Made by a program: the position numbers and the translations under genes. Below the pieces are notes generated by a model that worked only from the letters and a program-made list of their open reading frames with translations, searched no databases and was not told the origin of the DNA. This document shows positions 24,351 through 34,049 of a stretch of 64,000 nt of DNA, in pieces. Each line of letters begins with the position of its first letter. Position 1 is the stretch's first letter. The stretch comes from an uncultured Clostridia bacterium (GTDB lineage: Bacteria > Bacillota > Clostridia > Christensenellales > Aristaeellaceae), in the NCBI GenBank assembly GCA_934631985.1, contig CAKTYE010000001.1, positions 7,250-71,249 on the forward strand, in the 5' to 3' direction.

Positions 24351-24905
24351 TTACAGGATCAGCGCGGCAAGCTCCTCCTTCTCAAAGGAGGCAAAGGGCG
24401 TAGGCGGTGCGGGGTACAGGGGACGTTCTGCCAGCGGGCGGGTCAGCCAAAGCAGATCGTGCCACGCACCGCTGTGGTAGGCCATCCCCGGCAGCCTGCC
24501 CGCCTGCGCAAAGCCGCAGGCGTCCAGAAAGGCCAGCGCCGTATCGTCCGGCAGGGAAACGGCGGCGCACAGGTGCAGAAAGCCCTGCACGGACAGCACG
24601 CGCATCAGCCGAAGCAGCAGCGCACTGCCCAGTCCCTGACGGCGCATGTCCTCCGCCACAAACAGGTGAAGCTCCACATCCCACTGGTAGGCGCTTTCAG
24701 GGCGCAGGGGCGCAGCAAAGGCACAGGCCTGCACCTGACCATCCACCTCTGCCACCAGGCAGGGATAGACCGGGGTCAGGCTTTTCAGCTCCTCGGTGAT
24801 GCCTTCGGCGTTCAGGGTGTGCTGAACCTCCCGGGACGCACCTGGACGGCGAAGCTCTGCCAGCCGGGGCGCATCGCTGAGCTGAACTGCTCGAAACAAG
24901 ACCAT
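24351..24905 (-). CDS. GNAT-family N-acetyltransferase
   Basis: 184 aa from the ATG at 24905, with AAAGGAGGAAACGCC upstream. Acetyl-CoA motif RRQGLGSALL. Confidence 0.8.
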   Translation of the reverse strand: MVLFRAVQLSDAPRLAELRRPGASREVQHTLNAEGITEELKSLTPVYPCLVAEVDGQVQACAFAAPLRPESAYQWDVELHLFVAEDMRRQGLGSALLLRLMRVLSVQGFLHLCAAVSLPDDTALAFLDACGFAQAGRLPGMAYHSGAWHDLLWLTRPLAERPLYPAPPTPFASFEKEELAALIL

Positions 24906-24922
24906 GGCGTTTCCTCCTTTTG

Positions 24923-26671
24923 TTATTCGTCGATCAACTGAATGGCGCGGATGTCGCGTTCCTCCACGGTCATGTAGGCCGTGCGCTGATTGGTGTAGTG
25001 GACGAAGCCCGGAGCCGCGCCGCCGGGCTTTTTCACATATTTGCGCAGGGTATAGTCCACGGGGACGCTGCTGGAGCGCTGCCCCTTGCTGTACCAGGCG
25101 GCAAGCTGCGCTGCCTGCTTCAGCGTCGTTTCCGGCACAAGATCTTCTGTGCGGACGATGACGTGACTGCCGGGCATGTCCTTGGCATGGAGCCAAAGCT
25201 CCCCGCCCCGGGCGCTGCCGGTGAGCCGATCGTTTTGCAGGGAGTTCTTGCCCACATAGATGTCGATGCCGTCCGCCGAGCGGTAATGATAGGGCTTGCT
25301 GGGCGGAAGCTGCTTGAGCTGTCGGCGGTTCATGCTGGCGCGGATGTAGCCCATGCGCTGCAATTCTCCGCGGATTTCATTCAGCTCGCTTTCACCCACG
25401 CACTTGCCTACATCCAGCAGGGCGCTCTCCAGCACGGACAGCTCTGCCAGCGTCTTTTCCTTCTGCTGGGCGGCGGTGTCCCGGGCGGAACGGGCCTTTT
25501 GATACTTCTTGAAATAGCGCTGGGCGTTCTGGGCAGGGGTGAGCTGCTTATCCAGCGGAATGGTGATCTCTCCGCCGTTCTCGTCATAGAAATTCTGCAC
25601 GGTGGCGGCTTCCTGTCCCCGATGGAGCTGCCACAGATTGGCGTTGAGCAGTTCGCCCATCAGGCGGTATTCGTCCATGCGGTCGGCATTGGCCAGCTCC
25701 TCGTTTTGCAGGGCCAGCTTCTTTTCACAGCGCTCGATGTGGGTCTTCAGCAGGCGTACCATGGATGCGGACTTCTGATCGATACGATCCTTCTGGTCGC
25801 GCGCGCCGAAGTAACGCTCCAAGGCTGCGCTGAGGGAAGCGGCGGGCTGCTGCCGGGCAGTATCGCAGCTGACATAGGGGAAGGGGAACACATCCGTCGG
25901 GTCGCCCTGCTCATCCACCAGCACCACGGGCGGGGTCAGGCTGGGCATGCGGTGGAGGAAATCCACGATACGCGCCGCAAGCTGGGGCAACTCTGCAGGG
26001 TCAATGGCGGCCTGTGTGCTGCCCGTGACGCGGCAGCACAGCTCCCGTGCAGCGGGGGTGGAGTAGCCCGTCAGGCTTGCGCCCAGCGCCTTTTGCAGGG
26101 GCATGGCGGCGTTCTTTTCCAGATAGGGCAGCAGCGTTTCGGCTGTAGCCTGGGCAGGATCCAGCTTTTCCTGACCTGGCGGTGGGGCGTAGGTCAGTCC
26201 GGGCTGGATCTGCCGTACGCGGCTCATGTCCTGGCTGACATGGCGGGCCGCGTCGATGATGCGTCCATTCCCATCGGTGAGGATCAGATTGGAATGGCGG
26301 CCCATGACCTCCAGGATCAGCACCCGGGCCACATGGTCGCCCAGCTCGTCCACGGTATCCACGGTCAGGTGCAGCACCCGGTCGCCGCCCATCTGTTTCA
26401 GGGACAGGATGCGTCCGCCCAGCAGCTGTTTACGCAGCAGCATGCAGAACATGGGCGGCTCCAGTGGGTTGGGATAATTCTGCGCGGTCAAGTGACACCG
26501 CGCGTTATTCGGGCTGGCGCACAGCAGCAGTCGGCGGTTCTCGCTCCCTGCCCGTATCAGCAGGATCAGCGTATCCTTCTCCGGCTGCGTCACCTTATCG
26601 ATGCGCCCGCCAATCAGCAATTGCTCCATTTCCCTGGCAGCAAACCCCAGGGTCAATCCATCCATCGGCAC
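24923..26671 (-). CDS. rqcH: RqcH / FbpA-type NFACT protein (ribosome quality control, Rqc2 homolog)
   Basis: About 582 aa. N-terminus (M)PMDGLTLGF....L...L.GGRIDKV.QP..D.L. C-terminal NFACT-R region GG.LWLH.KD.PGSHVI. The GTG start at 26671 is preferred because AGGAGG lies 7 nt upstream. The alternative is ATG at 26665. Confidence 0.85.
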   Translation of the reverse strand: MPMDGLTLGFAAREMEQLLIGGRIDKVTQPEKDTLILLIRAGSENRRLLLCASPNNARCHLTAQNYPNPLEPPMFCMLLRKQLLGGRILSLKQMGGDRVLHLTVDTVDELGDHVARVLILEVMGRHSNLILTDGNGRIIDAARHVSQDMSRVRQIQPGLTYAPPPGQEKLDPAQATAETLLPYLEKNAAMPLQKALGASLTGYSTPAARELCCRVTGSTQAAIDPAELPQLAARIVDFLHRMPSLTPPVVLVDEQGDPTDVFPFPYVSCDTARQQPAASLSAALERYFGARDQKDRIDQKSASMVRLLKTHIERCEKKLALQNEELANADRMDEYRLMGELLNANLWQLHRGQEAATVQNFYDENGGEITIPLDKQLTPAQNAQRYFKKYQKARSARDTAAQQKEKTLAELSVLESALLDVGKCVGESELNEIRGELQRMGYIRASMNRRQLKQLPPSKPYHYRSADGIDIYVGKNSLQNDRLTGSARGGELWLHAKDMPGSHVIVRTEDLVPETTLKQAAQLAAWYSKGQRSSSVPVDYTLRKYVKKPGGAAPGFVHYTNQRTAYMTVEERDIRAIQLIDE

Positions 26672-26699
26672 AAGAGTACCTCCTATAAAGTACGGGGGG

Positions 26700-26757
26700 G
26701 ATGCGAGGGAGGCTGCTTCTGTGCCAGAAGCACCTCCCTCGCGCTCCCTCCCGAAGA
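26700..26757 (-). repeat. Dispersed nested-palindrome repeat, copy B
   Basis: Its reverse complement differs from copy D (33188-33245) at 2 of 58 positions. It lies in the 5' leader of rqcH, about 28 nt upstream of the start. Confidence 0.85.
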
Positions 26758-26896
26758 CCATTGTGAGGGGAATCTAGAAGTATGCTCCGTTGCCGCAAAG
26801 GGCATGTGCGGCTCAGGGGTACATACTGCATGATTCTCCTTAGTTGATTATGCCAGCAGCTTATTGGGAGAACGCAAGAAGGAACTTCTCCGCTGC

Positions 26897-26950
26897 TCTT
26901 CGGGTGGGGGTCTGGGGGCGGGGCTTCTGGCGCAGAAGCCGCCGCCCCCA
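26897..26950 (+). repeat. Dispersed nested-palindrome repeat, copy C (diverged)
   Basis: TCTTCGGGTGGGGGTCTGGGGGCGGGGCTTCTGGCGCAGAAGCCGCCGCCCCCA. It keeps the TCTTCGGG terminus and the GCTTCTGG..CAGAAGC core, and the flanking stem is rebuilt from different bases. Confidence 0.7.
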
Positions 26951-27048
26951 GCCGTTTCTCCCTTCCATTATACCCACATTCCGGCGCATAGGCAAGCATA
27001 CCCCCGCATACAGTGTCTTGCGAAAAGACTAATCAACAAGGAGTGACG

Positions 27049-28104
27049 ATGGCGGTGAAGCTGACATGGAAGCGGGCGGACTGGGAACGGATCCTGATCG
27101 TGTGTGCGGCGGCGCTGGTGGTAGTGCTGGCCCTGCGGGGCGGGCAGGAGGAAAGCCGGGAAACGGCGGCGGAGGACCCGCCGCTGACTGTGACGCAGAC
27201 CTCCGCCCAAACGGTGGCCCAAACAGAGGACACCCTGTCTACCGTGTGCTTTTACCAGGACGGGGAAGGCTACCTCATCCCCGTGACGCGGCAAATTCCC
27301 AAGCAGGACGGCGTTGCCAAGGCGACCCTGGCCCTGATGGTCAAGTCCAGCCAGAACGACATGGATGCGGCGCGCATGGGTCTGCGTACCATCATCCCCG
27401 AGGGGACCAGCTTCGACATTGATATTGCAGGCGGCAAGGCACGGGTGGACATGAGCAAGGAGGCCCTGAACTGCGCCAGCATGGAGGATGAATTGCTGAT
27501 GGTGCAGGGAACAGCGGCGGCGCTCTGCTGCTTCGACACGGTCAATGAGGTGGAATTTCTCTTTGACGGGCAGAAGCGCAGTAAGCTGACCCATGGCGCG
27601 GACGTGAGCGGCGCCTTCGACGCGGAGTGCATCAATGTGGAGGCGGTCACCACCATGGCGGGCGCGTCCAGCACCTATGCCGATCAGGTGCAGCTGTACT
27701 TCCCCTCGCAAACGGGGCGCATGCTGGTACCTGTGACCCGCACCGTGTTTTCCAACGCAGACCTGACTACCGCCCTGCTGGAGCTGGCGAAGGGGCCTCG
27801 CAGCGACAGCGGCTTGGAGCGTCCGCTGCCTGCGAACTGCGGTGTACGTTCGGTGAAGGTGCAGAACGGCACTGCGACCATTGACTTTTCCAAGGCGTTT
27901 CTGGATGTGACGCAGACCAGTGATGGCGGACGGCAGGCCGTGCAGGCGATCCTGTTTACCGCCAGCCAGTTTCCCGGCGTGAAGAAGGTGAACTTCACCG
28001 TGGAGGGCGAACCCTTCCTGGTGCCTGAGGAAGCTGCGACTACCTTCCTCAACGATGCGGAGGAGGTCATGAGCCAGTATCCCGGTGTGGTGGAGATCGA
28101 CTGA
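27049..28104 (+). CDS. GerMN-domain protein (GerM-like, membrane-anchored)
   Basis: 351 aa from the ATG at 27049, with AAGGAG upstream. N-terminal TM segment ILIVCAAALVVVLAL. Two GerMN-like halves (YLIPV.R; Y.P....LVPVTR). Confidence 0.75.
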   Translation: MAVKLTWKRADWERILIVCAAALVVVLALRGGQEESRETAAEDPPLTVTQTSAQTVAQTEDTLSTVCFYQDGEGYLIPVTRQIPKQDGVAKATLALMVKSSQNDMDAARMGLRTIIPEGTSFDIDIAGGKARVDMSKEALNCASMEDELLMVQGTAAALCCFDTVNEVEFLFDGQKRSKLTHGADVSGAFDAECINVEAVTTMAGASSTYADQVQLYFPSQTGRMLVPVTRTVFSNADLTTALLELAKGPRSDSGLERPLPANCGVRSVKVQNGTATIDFSKAFLDVTQTSDGGRQAVQAILFTASQFPGVKKVNFTVEGEPFLVPEEAATTFLNDAEEVMSQYPGVVEID

Positions 28105-28137
28105 GCAGCCTGCATCAGCAAATTGCTCCGGCAGCGA

Positions 28138-28191
28138 AACGCCGCGCTTTCCAAGCTAAGCAAGGAAGCGCGGCGTTTTCCTGCTTTTTTT
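28138..28191 (+). terminator. Intrinsic terminator downstream of the gerM-like gene
   Basis: AACGCCGCGCTTTCC pairs with GGAAGCGCGGCGTT, followed by TTCCTGCTTTTTTTC. Confidence 0.8.
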
Positions 28192-28264
28192 CTGTACTAC
28201 GGCAGGAAGCGGGCAGAAACAGCCAGAATGTGACCATGAGCATCAAAAGATGAGGTGGACGAAT

Positions 28265-28756
28265 ATGAGCAATAAGGCTGTTGTGCTGCAGCATTTGGAC
28301 ACGCTGCAAATTCCCTATGCGCTGTATGAGCATCCGGCGGCGTTTACCATGGAGGAGTGCTATGCCCTGCCCTTTGCAGGCCCGGATGTGGCCTTCTGCA
28401 AAAATCTGCTGCTGTGCAACCGTCAGCAGACGGCCTTTTATCTGCTGGTCATTTCGCCGGACAGCCATTTCCGCACGGCGGAGCTGAGTCATGAGCTGGG
28501 GGTATCCCGGCTCAGCTTTGCACCGGAGGACGCGCTGCCGCGGCTGCTGGGGCTGGAAAAGGGCGCGGTCAGTCCCTTGGGCCTGTGGTTCGATCAGGAG
28601 CAGCAGGTGCGTCTGCTGTTTGAACGGGCCATTCGCAAGCCGGGGAAGATCGCCTTTCATCCCTGCGACAACACAGCGACGGTGGTGTTTGAGCAGGAGG
28701 TATTTTGGCAGCAGGTGGTGCCGACGCTCAAGCATGCGGTCACCATGGTACTGTAA
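28265..28756 (+). CDS. YbaK/ProX-type aminoacyl-tRNA editing domain protein
   Basis: 163 aa from the ATG at 28265. Family-typical CKNLLL......YLLV, GAVSPLG and HP..N segments. Confidence 0.75.
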   Translation: MSNKAVVLQHLDTLQIPYALYEHPAAFTMEECYALPFAGPDVAFCKNLLLCNRQQTAFYLLVISPDSHFRTAELSHELGVSRLSFAPEDALPRLLGLEKGAVSPLGLWFDQEQQVRLLFERAIRKPGKIAFHPCDNTATVVFEQEVFWQQVVPTLKHAVTMVL

Positions 28757-28772
28757 GGCAGGAGCAAGATAC

Positions 28773-29936
28773 ATGCAAAAGAAACAAAAGAGATGCAGGC
28801 GACTTCTATGCCTGCTGCTGGCAGGGCTGCTGCTCTGCGCCTTCGCAGCCGCAGAGGAGACAGATGCGCTGGACGAAGCCGCCTGCCGTATTCTGAAGGC
28901 CTATAAGGCCGTTGGCGCAACGGTGCTGGTGGCGAGGGACGGCGAGATCGTCTACCAACTGAACTATGGCTATCAGGACGCAAAGGCTCAAACGCCCGTG
29001 ACCGATAACACGCATTTTCGCATTGCGTCCGTGACCAAGCTGGTCAGCGCTATCGGCATCATGGAGCTGGTGGAGGATGGGAAGCTCGACCTGGACGAAC
29101 CTCTCGGCACCTATCTGGGCTACACGGTGTACAATCCTTATTTCCCGACAGCATCTATCACGCTGCGGATGGTCATGACGCACACGACCTCGGTGAGCCA
29201 GCAGGGCAGCTATGGCAGGAACGGCTATGGGGTGCAGGCGCTGCTGGGCAGCGGCAGAAAGAATAATTATTATCAGGAGCTACCCGGCAGCAAGTATCGC
29301 TACTCCAACTTTGGCGCGGGCCTGATGGGAACGCTGATGGAGCAGATCACAGGCCAGAATGTGAACGACACGATGACAGCACTGGTATTCGCGCCCCTGC
29401 AAATGGACGCGGCGTATCATGCGGCCCTTATTGCGGACAGAGACAGCATCGCCAGCACCTACGACACAGACCGCACCCTGACGGCAGCGGCGCAGAAAAA
29501 GATCGATTCTCCCTGGGATGCTTCTGTGAACCCGGATAGCCATTATCGGATCACAGTAGGCAGCCTGTGGATGACGGGGCGTGATCTGTGCCGCCTGGGT
29601 ATGGCGCTGTGCGATGGCGGCACGGTAGACGGTGTGCGCCTGCTCCAGCCGGAAACAGTTGCGGAAATGCTCTCCGACCAAAGCGGCAAGGGCGGGATCA
29701 CTGCGTCAAGCCCCTATGGGCTGTGCGTGAACCGGAATAATACGCTGGTTCCCGGGAAAATGCTCTATGGGCATCAGGGCATGAGCGACGGCATTGCAGC
29801 CAATGTGTATTTTGATCCCGAAACGCGCTTCGTGTTTACATTCATCAGCAATGGCTGCAACAATAACATGGATAACCGTGTATGTGCCGTGTCGCGCAGG
29901 CTGCTGACACTGATGTGGGAAGCATACGGGGAATGA
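28773..29936 (+). CDS. Serine hydrolase, beta-lactamase/PBP4* (class C-like) family, secreted
   Basis: 387 aa. Signal peptide. SxxK motif as SVTK (RIASVTKLV) and YSN motif as YRYSNFG. Confidence 0.85.
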   Translation: MQKKQKRCRRLLCLLLAGLLLCAFAAAEETDALDEAACRILKAYKAVGATVLVARDGEIVYQLNYGYQDAKAQTPVTDNTHFRIASVTKLVSAIGIMELVEDGKLDLDEPLGTYLGYTVYNPYFPTASITLRMVMTHTTSVSQQGSYGRNGYGVQALLGSGRKNNYYQELPGSKYRYSNFGAGLMGTLMEQITGQNVNDTMTALVFAPLQMDAAYHAALIADRDSIASTYDTDRTLTAAAQKKIDSPWDASVNPDSHYRITVGSLWMTGRDLCRLGMALCDGGTVDGVRLLQPETVAEMLSDQSGKGGITASSPYGLCVNRNNTLVPGKMLYGHQGMSDGIAANVYFDPETRFVFTFISNGCNNNMDNRVCAVSRRLLTLMWEAYGE

Positions 29937-30164
29937 GGGAGAAGAGTGGCTGCACAGTATCAGGGTGTAATGTGGTAATCAAGGCCACACGACACAATGT
30001 GCCGGGCAGCCTGTCACCATTGTACTTCTGTTTTACCGCAGTCAAGGTCGGGGCGTATTTGCTTCGCAAATCGCCACCCTTCTCTTGACTGATCCTCCTT
30101 GGGCTTTCTGTAACCTATGCTTGACACTCCTATAGTCCGGCGCTGGAAATGCCGCATTTTATCC

Positions 30165-30193
30165 TTGCTTTTCCTGCTGCGCTCCCGTATAAT
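30165..30193 (+). promoter_or_regulatory. Promoter upstream of the pyr genes
   Basis: TTGCTT, 17-nt spacer, TATAAT. Confidence 0.55.
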
Positions 30194-30233
30194 AATTTGG
30201 AAAGGTAAACAAAGGAGGATGCGCTCCGTGCCG

Positions 30234-31511
30234 ATGTACCTTACCCATGCGCTTACGCCCCACAGCGGCAAGCTCGTTCCCGCACAGTTTGTGCTGGCTC
30301 ACGGGACGATTGTTTCCATTTCTGACGACAGCGTCCAGCCCGCCGTGACGGACGACGCACAAATTTTCGACCTGCACGGTCTTGTAGTTCTCCCAGGCCT
30401 GGCAGATGTGCATGTGCATCTGCGTGAGCCTGGGTTTTCTTATAAGGAGACCGTAGCTTCCGGGGCGCAGGCCGCGCTTCACGGGGGCTACACCGTGGTG
30501 TGCGCCATGCCGAACCTAAATCCACCGCCGGACACCCTGGAGCATCTTGCCCTGGAAAAGCAGCTGCTGGACGCCGCGCCCCTGTGCGCTTGCCCCTATG
30601 GCTGCATTACCCTGGGGCAGAAGGGAGAAGGGACGCTGACCGACATGCAGGCTATGGCCCCCTACGTTGTTGGATTTTCCGATGACGGGCGGGGCGTGCA
30701 GTCTGAAAGCCTGATGCGCCAGGCTATGGAGCGCTGCAAGGCCGCCGGGAGCATCCTTGTCGCCCACTGCGAGGACATGTCCCTGATCCCCAAGGGCGGC
30801 GCTATTCACGCGGGCAGCTATGCCGCAGCCCATGGCATCCCGGGCATCACCTCGGAAAGCGAGTGGGGACAGATCAAGCGCGACCTGCGCCTTGCAAAGG
30901 AAACGGGCTGTCCCTACCATGTGTGCCACATTTCCTGTAAGGAATCTGTAGCACTGATCCGCCAGGCCAAGTCGGAGGGTGTGAACGTCACCTGCGAGAC
31001 CGGTCCGCATTACCTGCTGCTGAGTCAGGATGATTTGCAGGACGAGGGCCGCTTTAAGATGAATCCCCCCCTGCGCGATCCTGCTGACCGGGCGGCCCTG
31101 CTGGAAGGGCTTGCGGATGGCACCATCGACATGATCGCCACGGACCACGCGCCCCACAGCGCCGAGGAAAAGAGCCGCGGCCTGCGTTCCTCGCTGATGG
31201 GTGTGGTGGGGCTGGAAACGGCCTTCCCGTTGCTGTACACCTACCTGGTGCAGCGGGGCATGATCTCGCTGGAACGCCTGCTTGACCTGATGTGCATTGC
31301 GCCCCGGCAGCGCTTCGGTCTGCCCGGCGGACGGGAAGTGGGGCAGGAAGCCCACCTCTCCGTGTGGGATTTGAACCGCAGTTATACCATCGACCCGAGT
31401 ACCTTCCGCAGTATGGGACGCAGTACTCCCTTTGCAGGCTGGCCGGTGCAGGGGGCCTGCGTCATGACGGTGTACCGGGATAAGATCGTCTATCAGGAGG
31501 ACATGCTATGA
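30234..31511 (+). CDS. pyrC: Dihydroorotase
   Basis: About 425 aa. Metal-binding DVHVHLREPG, plus DHAPH and the ATDHAPH context. The start is ambiguous: ATG at 30234, or GTG at 30228 which lies 9 nt after AAAGGAGG. Confidence 0.85.
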   Translation: MYLTHALTPHSGKLVPAQFVLAHGTIVSISDDSVQPAVTDDAQIFDLHGLVVLPGLADVHVHLREPGFSYKETVASGAQAALHGGYTVVCAMPNLNPPPDTLEHLALEKQLLDAAPLCACPYGCITLGQKGEGTLTDMQAMAPYVVGFSDDGRGVQSESLMRQAMERCKAAGSILVAHCEDMSLIPKGGAIHAGSYAAAHGIPGITSESEWGQIKRDLRLAKETGCPYHVCHISCKESVALIRQAKSEGVNVTCETGPHYLLLSQDDLQDEGRFKMNPPLRDPADRAALLEGLADGTIDMIATDHAPHSAEEKSRGLRSSLMGVVGLETAFPLLYTYLVQRGMISLERLLDLMCIAPRQRFGLPGGREVGQEAHLSVWDLNRSYTIDPSTFRSMGRSTPFAGWPVQGACVMTVYRDKIVYQEDML

Positions 31512-32230
31512 TCTTCACCGTAAAGAATCAAACGCGCCTGACGGAGAATGTCTACCGGCTGACGCTGACCGGGGATACCTCCGCCATCGTGCGCCCGGGA
31601 CAGTTTGTGCAGCTTCAGCTGCCGGGCTTCTATCTGCGCCGCCCCATCTCCGTGTGCGACTGGGATGCGGACACTCTGACGCTGATCTATAAGGTGGTCG
31701 GTGAGGGAACCAAAGCCATGACCGCTTTGCAGCCCGGCGCAGCGCTTGATCTGCTCACCGGCCTTGGCAACGGCTTTGACACTGCATGCTGCGGGGATAA
31801 GCCCCTGCTGGTGGGCGGCGGTGTGGGCCTGCCTCCCCTGTACGGCCTGTGCAAGACGCTGCTGCGGGAGGGCAAGCACCCGCGCGTTGTCATGGGTTTC
31901 AACACTGCCAGCGAGGTCTTTTTGGAAGCGGAATTCCGCGCGCTGAATGTGCCTGTGACCGTGACTACCGCAGACGGCACCTGCGGCATGAAGGGCTTCG
32001 TCACCGCCGCCCTGCCGGGCCTGGATTTTGACAGCACCTTCGCCTGCGGCCCGGAGCCCATGCTCAGGGCCCTGTACAACGCCACGGACAAGCCCGGTCA
32101 GTACAGCTTTGAAGCGCGGATGGCCTGCGGCTTCGGCGCGTGCATGGGCTGCACCTGTCAGACGAAATATGGCGCAAAGCGCATCTGCAAGGATGGCCCC
32201 GTGCTGCAAAAGGAGGAGATCGTATGGTAA
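31508..32230 (+). CDS. pyrK: Dihydroorotate dehydrogenase B electron-transfer subunit
   Basis: 240 aa. FAD-binding RRPIS motif and C-terminal 2Fe-2S ligands C....CGFGACMGC. Overlaps the pyrC stop by 4 nt. Confidence 0.9.
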   Translation: MIFTVKNQTRLTENVYRLTLTGDTSAIVRPGQFVQLQLPGFYLRRPISVCDWDADTLTLIYKVVGEGTKAMTALQPGAALDLLTGLGNGFDTACCGDKPLLVGGGVGLPPLYGLCKTLLREGKHPRVVMGFNTASEVFLEAEFRALNVPVTVTTADGTCGMKGFVTAALPGLDFDSTFACGPEPMLRALYNATDKPGQYSFEARMACGFGACMGCTCQTKYGAKRICKDGPVLQKEEIVW

Positions 32231-33129
32231 GCACTGCCGTGACCCTGTGCGGCGTGGCGCTGGATAACCCGGTGATCCCCGCCAGCGGCACCTTCGGCTT
32301 CGGTCAGGAGTTCACCCCTTATTACGACATCAACGTGCTGGGTTCGCTGAGCTTCAAGGGAACCACCCAGTCCCCGCGCTTCGGCAACCCTACGCCCCGC
32401 ATTGCGGAATGCCCCAACGGCATGCTGAACAGCGTGGGCCTGCAAAACCCCGGCATCGACCATGTGATCGCCCATGAGCTGCCGGAGCTGCGCAAAATCT
32501 TTCATAAGCCCATCATGGCAAACATCAGCGGCTTTTCGCTGGAGGAATATGTGGACTGCTGCGCCCGCATGGACGCGGAGGAGCAGGTAGCCTTTCTGGA
32601 GGTGAACATCTCCTGTCCCAATGTGCGCCACGGCGGCATGGCCTTCGGCACCAGCCCTGAAGCCGCCGCGGAGATCACCCGCGCAGTCAAGGCTGTGACC
32701 CACAAGCCCATCATCATGAAGCTCAGCCCTAACGTGACGGACATTGTGTCCATCGCGAAGGCCTGCGAGGACGCGGGCGCGGATGGCCTGAGCCTGATCA
32801 ACACGCTGCTGGGCATGCGCATTGACCTGCGCCGCCGTAAGCCGGTGCTTGCCAACGTGATGGGCGGCTATTCCGGCCCCGGCGTTTTCCCGGTCGCCCT
32901 GCGGATGGTCTATCAGGTGACGGGTGCGGTACATATCCCTGTGGTCGGCATGGGCGGCATCGCTTCCGCCCGGGACGTGATCGAAATGATGATGGCAGGC
33001 GCGACCGCTGTGGAGATCGGCGCGGCAAATCTGGTAGACCCCTTCGCCTGCAAACGTATTCTTGACGAGCTGCCCCAGGTCATGGACGAGCTGGGCATCC
33101 GTGCGCTTTCTGAAATTGAGCGCGTGTGA
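32224..33129 (+). CDS. pyrD: Dihydroorotate dehydrogenase B catalytic subunit
   Basis: 301 aa from the ATG at 32224. Contains [19 protein letters not shown] and GG.SGP motifs. Confidence 0.9.
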   Translation: MVSTAVTLCGVALDNPVIPASGTFGFGQEFTPYYDINVLGSLSFKGTTQSPRFGNPTPRIAECPNGMLNSVGLQNPGIDHVIAHELPELRKIFHKPIMANISGFSLEEYVDCCARMDAEEQVAFLEVNISCPNVRHGGMAFGTSPEAAAEITRAVKAVTHKPIIMKLSPNVTDIVSIAKACEDAGADGLSLINTLLGMRIDLRRRKPVLANVMGGYSGPGVFPVALRMVYQVTGAVHIPVVGMGGIASARDVIEMMMAGATAVEIGAANLVDPFACKRILDELPQVMDELGIRALSEIERV

Positions 33130-33187
33130 TACGCTACGTTTATCCCGCAACGCATTCATTCTATCCCATTTACTTAATTTACAATGG

Positions 33188-33245
33188 TCTTCGGGAGGGA
33201 GCGCGAGGGAGGTGCTTCTGGCACAGAAGCAGCCCCCCTCGCATC
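33188..33245 (+). repeat. Dispersed nested-palindrome repeat, copy D
   Basis: TCTTCGGGAGGGAGCGCGAGGGAGGTGCTTCTGGCACAGAAGCAGCCCCCCTCGCATC. It lies inside the pyr operon between pyrD and pyrF, 26 nt upstream of the pyrF ATG. Confidence 0.85.
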
Positions 33246-33271
33246 ACCCCCAAAAACTACTAGGAGGTATT

Positions 33272-33973
33272 ATGATGACGCATGACGTGATTATTGCTTT
33301 GGACTTTGAGAATCGTGAGAAGACGCTGCAATTTCTGGATAAGTTTCAGGAGGAGAAGCCTTATGTGAAGATCGGCATGGAGCTGTTCTATGCCGAGGGA
33401 CCTGCTATTGTGCGGGAGATCAAGGCCCGGGGACATAAGATTTTCCTGGACCTGAAGCTCCATGACATTCCCAACACCGTCAAAAAGGCCATGCATGTGC
33501 TGTCCACGCTGGATGTGGACATGACCAATCTGCATGCTGCCGGCACCATCGCCATGATGGAGGCGGCTAAGGAAGGCCTTACCAAGCCTGACGGCTCCTG
33601 CGCCACGCTGCTGGCAGTGACGCAGCTTACCTCCACCAGTGAGGAGCGCATGCAGCAGGAGCTGCTTATCAACGCTACCATGCCCGAGACGGTCAAGCAG
33701 TACGCCCGCAATGCCAAGGCGGCAGGTCTGCCCGGCGTGGTCTGCTCCCCGCTGGAAGCAGCGCTGGTCAAGGAAGCCTGCGGCCCGGATTTTCTGACCG
33801 TTACCCCCGGCATTCGTTTCGCGGATGGCGATGTGGGCGACCAGGTGCGCGTGATGACCCCCGCCAAGGCCCGCGAGGGCGGCAGCGACTACATCGTGGT
33901 GGGGCGGCCCATTACTGCCGCGGCTGATCCTGTGGCGGCGTATCGGCGGTGTGTAAAGGAATTTCTGGGGTGA
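33272..33973 (+). CDS. pyrF: Orotidine 5'-phosphate decarboxylase
   Basis: 233 aa. Contains [26 protein letters not shown] and VVGRPI motifs. TAGGAGG RBS. Confidence 0.9.
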   Translation: MMTHDVIIALDFENREKTLQFLDKFQEEKPYVKIGMELFYAEGPAIVREIKARGHKIFLDLKLHDIPNTVKKAMHVLSTLDVDMTNLHAAGTIAMMEAAKEGLTKPDGSCATLLAVTQLTSTSEERMQQELLINATMPETVKQYARNAKAAGLPGVVCSPLEAALVKEACGPDFLTVTPGIRFADGDVGDQVRVMTPAKAREGGSDYIVVGRPITAAADPVAAYRRCVKEFLG

Positions 33974-33999
33974 AGTGAAGGTTTAGCCTAAACGGCTGT

Positions 34000-34037
34000 G
34001 CAGAGCGTCCTTGTGAAGGAGGGCGCTCTGCTTTTTG
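34000..34037 (+). terminator. Intrinsic terminator downstream of pyrF
   Basis: GCAGAGCG (34000-34007) pairs with CGCTCTGC (34024-34031), followed by TTTTTGG. Confidence 0.6.
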
Positions 34038-34049
34038 GTGGTGGCGTCG

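Noticed and set aside
29937-30233. PyrR-binding attenuator in the pyr leader
   Set aside because: I could not find the conserved PyrR loop (..UCCAGAGAGG..). No terminator-like hairpin lies between the promoter and the pyrC start.
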